A DNA stretch of 10,952 nucleotides from Candidatus Sigynarchaeum calidifontis (lineage in GTDB: Archaea; Asgardarchaeota; Lokiarchaeia; Sigyniarchaeales; Sigyniarchaeaceae), in assembly GCA_030587475.2 (NCBI GenBank), contig JAUQYZ020000224.1, positions 1 to 10,952 of the forward strand, given 5' to 3'. Below are positions 7,802 to 10,952 of this stretch, piece by piece. The position numbers and the translations under genes were made by a program. Each line of letters starts with the position of its first letter. Within the stretch, counting starts at the first letter, position 1. The notes beneath the pieces were generated by a model that searched no databases, was not told the origin of the DNA, and saw only the letters and a program-made list of their open reading frames with translations.

Positions 7802-8704
7802 ATGCTTGATCCAAAAAAAATAAAACTCGGGATCGCACCGATTGCCTGGTGCAATGACGATATGCCCGAACTCGGTGGTGAAACCACGTTCGAGCAAATC
7901 ATCAAGGAAATGGCCGAGGCTGGCTATCAAGGCAGCGAGGTCGGCAACAAGTACCCGAAAGATCCCGCGGTGCTCAAGAAGGCACTCGCGCCGTACAAGC
8001 TATCCATTGCGTCCCAATGGTTCAGCTCGTTCTTCACGACCAAGGACCAAAAGGAGACCATCGAGGCGTTCAAGAAGCACATGGCCTTCCTCAAGGCGAT
8101 GGGCGCCAAGGTCATCGTGATCTCAGAGCAAGGCAACAGCATCCAGGGCCAGATGGACACGCCGCTGTTCGACAAGAAGCCCGTGCTCGACGAGGCGGGC
8201 TGGAACAAACTGGCGAAGGGACTCGAGACGATCGGTGCACTCGCGGTCAAGGAAGGAATGAAGATCGTGTACCACCATCACATGGGCACGGTCGTGCAAA
8301 CCGCTGCCGAGGTGGACAAGCTCATGGCCAAAACCGACCCGAAGCTCGTCTGGCTCCTGCTCGACACGGGGCACATGTACTATTCCGACGGGGGAAACAG
8401 CCCGCTCGAGGTGCTCGAGAAGCACGCCAAGCGCATCGCCCACGTGCACCTCAAAGACATCCGAGACCCCGTCAAGAAAAAAGTGATCGACAAGAAGCTA
8501 TCATTCCTCCAATCCGTGAAGGAAGGCGTGTTCACGGTTCCCGGCGATGGTGCCGTCGATTTCAAGCCCATCTTCGAGGGACTCGCGAAAGCCAAGTACG
8601 AGGGCTGGTTCATCGTCGAAGCCGAGCAAGACCCGGCGAAGGCTAACCCCCTGGAGTATGCCAAGAAAGCCAGGGCATACATCAAGACAGTAGCAAGACT
8701 ATAG
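7802..8704 (+). CDS. iolE: myo-inosose-2 (2-keto-myo-inositol) dehydratase
   Basis: 'KLGIAPIAWCNDDMPELGGE.TFEQ', 'YHHHMGT', 'LLLDTGH', 'HVHLKD.R', 'FTVPGDG', 'VEAEQDP..ANPLEYA'. ATG 7802 preferred (GGAGG at 7786-7790); 7784 is an alternative start. Confidence 0.97.
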   Translation: MLDPKKIKLGIAPIAWCNDDMPELGGETTFEQIIKEMAEAGYQGSEVGNKYPKDPAVLKKALAPYKLSIASQWFSSFFTTKDQKETIEAFKKHMAFLKAMGAKVIVISEQGNSIQGQMDTPLFDKKPVLDEAGWNKLAKGLETIGALAVKEGMKIVYHHHMGTVVQTAAEVDKLMAKTDPKLVWLLLDTGHMYYSDGGNSPLEVLEKHAKRIAHVHLKDIRDPVKKKVIDKKLSFLQSVKEGVFTVPGDGAVDFKPIFEGLAKAKYEGWFIVEAEQDPAKANPLEYAKKARAYIKTVARL

Positions 8705-8736
8705 ATCCTTGATAGGATGATTCAGGTGAAATGAAA

Positions 8737-9756
8737 ATGGCAGACAAACAATTCGTTGTTGGTATTCTGGGCGCGGGCCGCATCGGCAAGATCCACGCGG
8801 CAAACTGCGCCCAGATTCCCGGTGTTAAAATCAAGACAATCGTCGACTTGAAGGTTGACGGGCTCAAGGATTTCGCTGCGAAGCTTGGCGTGCAGAAACT
8901 ATCCACGGACCCGAAAGATATCTTTGGTGACCCCGAGATCAACGCCGTCCTCATCTGTTCGAGCACGGACACGCACGCGAAATTCATCGTGGAAGCTGCA
9001 AAGGCAAAGAAAGACATCTTTTGTGAAAAACCCATAGATTACGACATCAAGCGCATCAAGGATACCCTCGCGGCGGTGGACAAGGCCGGGGTGAAGCTCA
9101 TGATCGGCTTCAACCGCCGCTTCGACCACAACCACAAGCGTGTCCGTGATGCGGTCGTGAATGGAGAGGTCGGGAAGGTCCACATCGTGAAGGTGACGTC
9201 GCGCGACCCGTCCCCGCCACCCATCGAATACGTGAAGGTATCGGGCGGTCTTTTCTTTGACATGACGGTGCACGATTGGGACATGCTCGCCTACCTTGCA
9301 GGCGAGGATATCGTTGAAGTGTATGCCGCTGGTGGCGTGCTAGTCGATCCCAAGATCGGCGAGGCTGGCGACATCGACACGGCGGCGGTTGTCGTCAAAT
9401 TCAAGAGCGGTGCAATGGGTCTCGTCGACAACTCGCGCCAAGCCGTCTACGGTTACGACCAGCGCACGGAAGTCTTTGGATCCAAGGGTGGTGCATGGGT
9501 CGATAACGATTTCCCGAACACGGCCAGGATCTACAATGACAAGATCGTCGGCGGCGACAAGATGCACCATTTTTTCCTCGAGCGATACATGGGCTCTTAC
9601 CGGGCGGAGCTTGAAGAATTCTTTGATTGCCTCGCGAAAAACAAGAAACCTTCTGTCGGGGGCATCGACGGCCTCAACGCGGTGCTCGTCGCCACGGCTG
9701 CTAAGAAATCCCTCGAGGAGAACCGGCCGGTCAAGATCAGCGAAATAAAGGCTTAG
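8737..9756 (+). CDS. iolG: Inositol 2-dehydrogenase (Gfo/Idh/MocA family)
   Basis: Rossmann 'GILGAGRIGKIHA', 'CEKP', 'GFNRRFD', 'TSRDP.PPP..Y...SGGLFFDMTVHDWD', 'YGYDQR.EVFGSKG', 'FFLERY'. AGGTGA at 8724-8729 is 7 nt before ATG 8737; 8731 is an alternative start. Confidence 0.95.
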   Translation: MADKQFVVGILGAGRIGKIHAANCAQIPGVKIKTIVDLKVDGLKDFAAKLGVQKLSTDPKDIFGDPEINAVLICSSTDTHAKFIVEAAKAKKDIFCEKPIDYDIKRIKDTLAAVDKAGVKLMIGFNRRFDHNHKRVRDAVVNGEVGKVHIVKVTSRDPSPPPIEYVKVSGGLFFDMTVHDWDMLAYLAGEDIVEVYAAGGVLVDPKIGEAGDIDTAAVVVKFKSGAMGLVDNSRQAVYGYDQRTEVFGSKGGAWVDNDFPNTARIYNDKIVGGDKMHHFFLERYMGSYRAELEEFFDCLAKNKKPSVGGIDGLNAVLVATAAKKSLEENRPVKISEIKA

Positions 9757-9773
9757 AATGTACAGCCTCTTGC

Positions 9774-9793
9774 TTTTTTTTCCATTATGTTTT
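9774..9793 (+). terminator. Oligo-T terminator candidate after iolG
   Basis: T8 run at 9774-9781 and a second T run shortly after; no hairpin. Confidence 0.5.
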
Positions 9794-9942
9794 CTGAATT
9801 GAAGGCCGATTTCATCTTCTCGCCATCAAGAACAACAAGAACGCGATCCCGGTGATTATTTTGGAGATATTCGCAGTATGACCTTTCGAGTGGGAGTAAA
9901 CGTGAAAAAAGGAAGGAACTCAAGATGCAGCCATGCTCTCAT

Positions 9943-9962
9943 ATCCCCAAATTATAGGGGAT
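9943..9962. promoter_or_regulatory. Inverted repeat enclosing a TATA-like core upstream of the V4R-like gene
   Basis: ATCCCC(9943-9948)-AAATTATA-GGGGAT(9957-9962). Confidence 0.35.
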
Positions 9963-10026
9963 CATCATATTAATCAAGCTCGCAATCATATGAATGGATA
10001 TTGAAAACCACGGCAGAACGATTAAA

Positions 10027-10611
10027 ATGTTTGATGATGCAACCTTTTATTCGGTGTTAGGGATAGCGATCGGGCTAGCAGCGTTCTTGATAATCTTCTT
10101 GTTATTTGTCAAGAAACTGATGCCCCATCCTTTGATGATGAAGGTCACTGCGACCTTGCACGCTTGCTTGTTCGGCTATGAAACCGCCATGATCGAGCTC
10201 ATCGGCCCCCGGGGATACCGGACACATGTTTTCCCCAAGATCATGGAGACCATCGCCAAGCTGAAGGGCGAAGACAAGCTGATCGACGCCGTCATGAACG
10301 CGAAAACGGCGAAAGAAGCGATGGAACGGTGGATCGAGGTGTTGAAGCTCACCAGGATCTCCAAGGATGCAAACATAACAGATTATGGCGATGGGAGCTA
10401 TCTGATCAACATCCCCCACTGCCTGATGTGCAACCCGATCCACAACGTGATGGGAACCGACGTGAAGGGCATCTGTCCGATGGCTTTCATCGTCGGCGCG
10501 GCTAGTTCTTTCGGAGAGAAAGGAAAAACAGTCGAGATGGATTACAGCAAGATAACGCCCACGGGGACGTCAACGAGAATCGTCTTCAAGGACAGCGAGC
10601 CAGTGAAATAA
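10027..10611 (+). CDS. Membrane-anchored hypothetical protein with V4R/MetOD1-like (H-NOX/Bet3-fold) Cys-motif domain
   Basis: One N-terminal TM (VLGIAIGLAAFLIIFLLFV, then KK). Helical region, then 'YLINIPHCLMC.PIH...GICPMAFIVGAA...KTVEMDYSKITPTGTSTRIVF', matching the strand-C...C-helix-strand-strand layout of V4R-like domains. Start 10027 or 9994. The CDS is solid; the family call is tentative. Confidence 0.6.
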   Translation: MFDDATFYSVLGIAIGLAAFLIIFLLFVKKLMPHPLMMKVTATLHACLFGYETAMIELIGPRGYRTHVFPKIMETIAKLKGEDKLIDAVMNAKTAKEAMERWIEVLKLTRISKDANITDYGDGSYLINIPHCLMCNPIHNVMGTDVKGICPMAFIVGAASSFGEKGKTVEMDYSKITPTGTSTRIVFKDSEPVK

Positions 10612-10634
10612 CATTCCGCGGGTCGAAGCGATCG

Positions 10635-10952
10635 ATGATCAAATCCTATCTCATCATGAGCAGCTCGGGGGTCCCCTTGTATACCCGGTCTGTCGAAAAG
10701 GTTTTTGATGAAACGCTCGTGAGCTGCTTTTTAAGCGCTATCCAGAGCTTCGCGAAGGGGATTAGCCAGTCTTGCATCGATAAGATAGACATGGAGAAGA
10801 TGACTTTTTTTTACGCATTCAAAGGCCCCATCTTCTCTATCATCGTTGCTGAAACAGCTGACGAAACGGAAAGCCGGGTTTACCGCATAATAGCGGAAAG
10901 ATTGGGTCGTAGTTTCATCAACAAATATTCCGCCGAGTATATTAACAAGTAT
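10635..10952 (+). CDS. Longin-like domain protein (3'-truncated by window edge; not in ORF track)
   Basis: 106 open codons: MIKSYLIMSSSGVPLYTRSVEKVFDETLVSCFLSAIQSFAKGISQSCIDKIDMEKMTFFYAFKGPIFSIIVAETADETESRVYRIIAERLGRSFINKYSAEYINKY. Pattern b1-b2 ('LI...G.PLY'), a1 ('DETLVS.FLSAIQSFA'), b3-b5, a2 ('LGRSFINKY') fits the longin fold. Confidence 0.8.
   Translation, partial: MIKSYLIMSSSGVPLYTRSVEKVFDETLVSCFLSAIQSFAKGISQSCIDKIDMEKMTFFYAFKGPIFSIIVAETADETESRVYRIIAERLGRSFINKYSAEYINKY

Noticed and set aside
10417-10443. c-type cytochrome heme-binding motif
   Set aside because: Sequence is CLMCN, not CxxCH.
1-10952. CRISPR array, tRNA/rRNA, IS element or prophage
   Set aside because: No regularly spaced repeats, cloverleaf, transposase/integrase motifs or terminal repeats seen.

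Overview
A gene-dense prokaryotic window whose features point to an archaeon, most plausibly of the Asgard group. This is an inference from a longin-like ORF at the right edge, a V4R-like ORF, oligo-T terminators without GC hairpins, TATA-like boxes and GGTGA-type SD motifs. It carries a split myo-inositol catabolic cluster: iolB-iolD (1686-4452) and iolE-iolG (7802-9756). A divergent alpha/beta-hydrolase (acetylxylan esterase-like) and sulfatase pair separates the two halves. A 3-TM membrane-anchored FN3 + metallophosphoesterase gene precedes them. iolC, iolJ and iolA are not in the window. The right end holds a membrane-anchored Cys-motif V4R/MetOD1-like protein followed 23 bp later by a truncated longin-like ORF that the ORF track missed. 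Best leads: (1) a putative inositol-scavenging system in a probable Asgard archaeon, with a shared ATGT-N15-ACATGTTT motif upstream of the phosphoesterase and iolE; (2) a V4R(Bet3-fold)+longin gene pair; (3) a tandem-duplicated unknown domain fused to the sulfatase; (4) an IolD with an altered ThDP motif and a 21-bp duplication. No rRNA, tRNA, CRISPR or mobile element was seen. All family calls come from motif recognition by eye; no searches were run.
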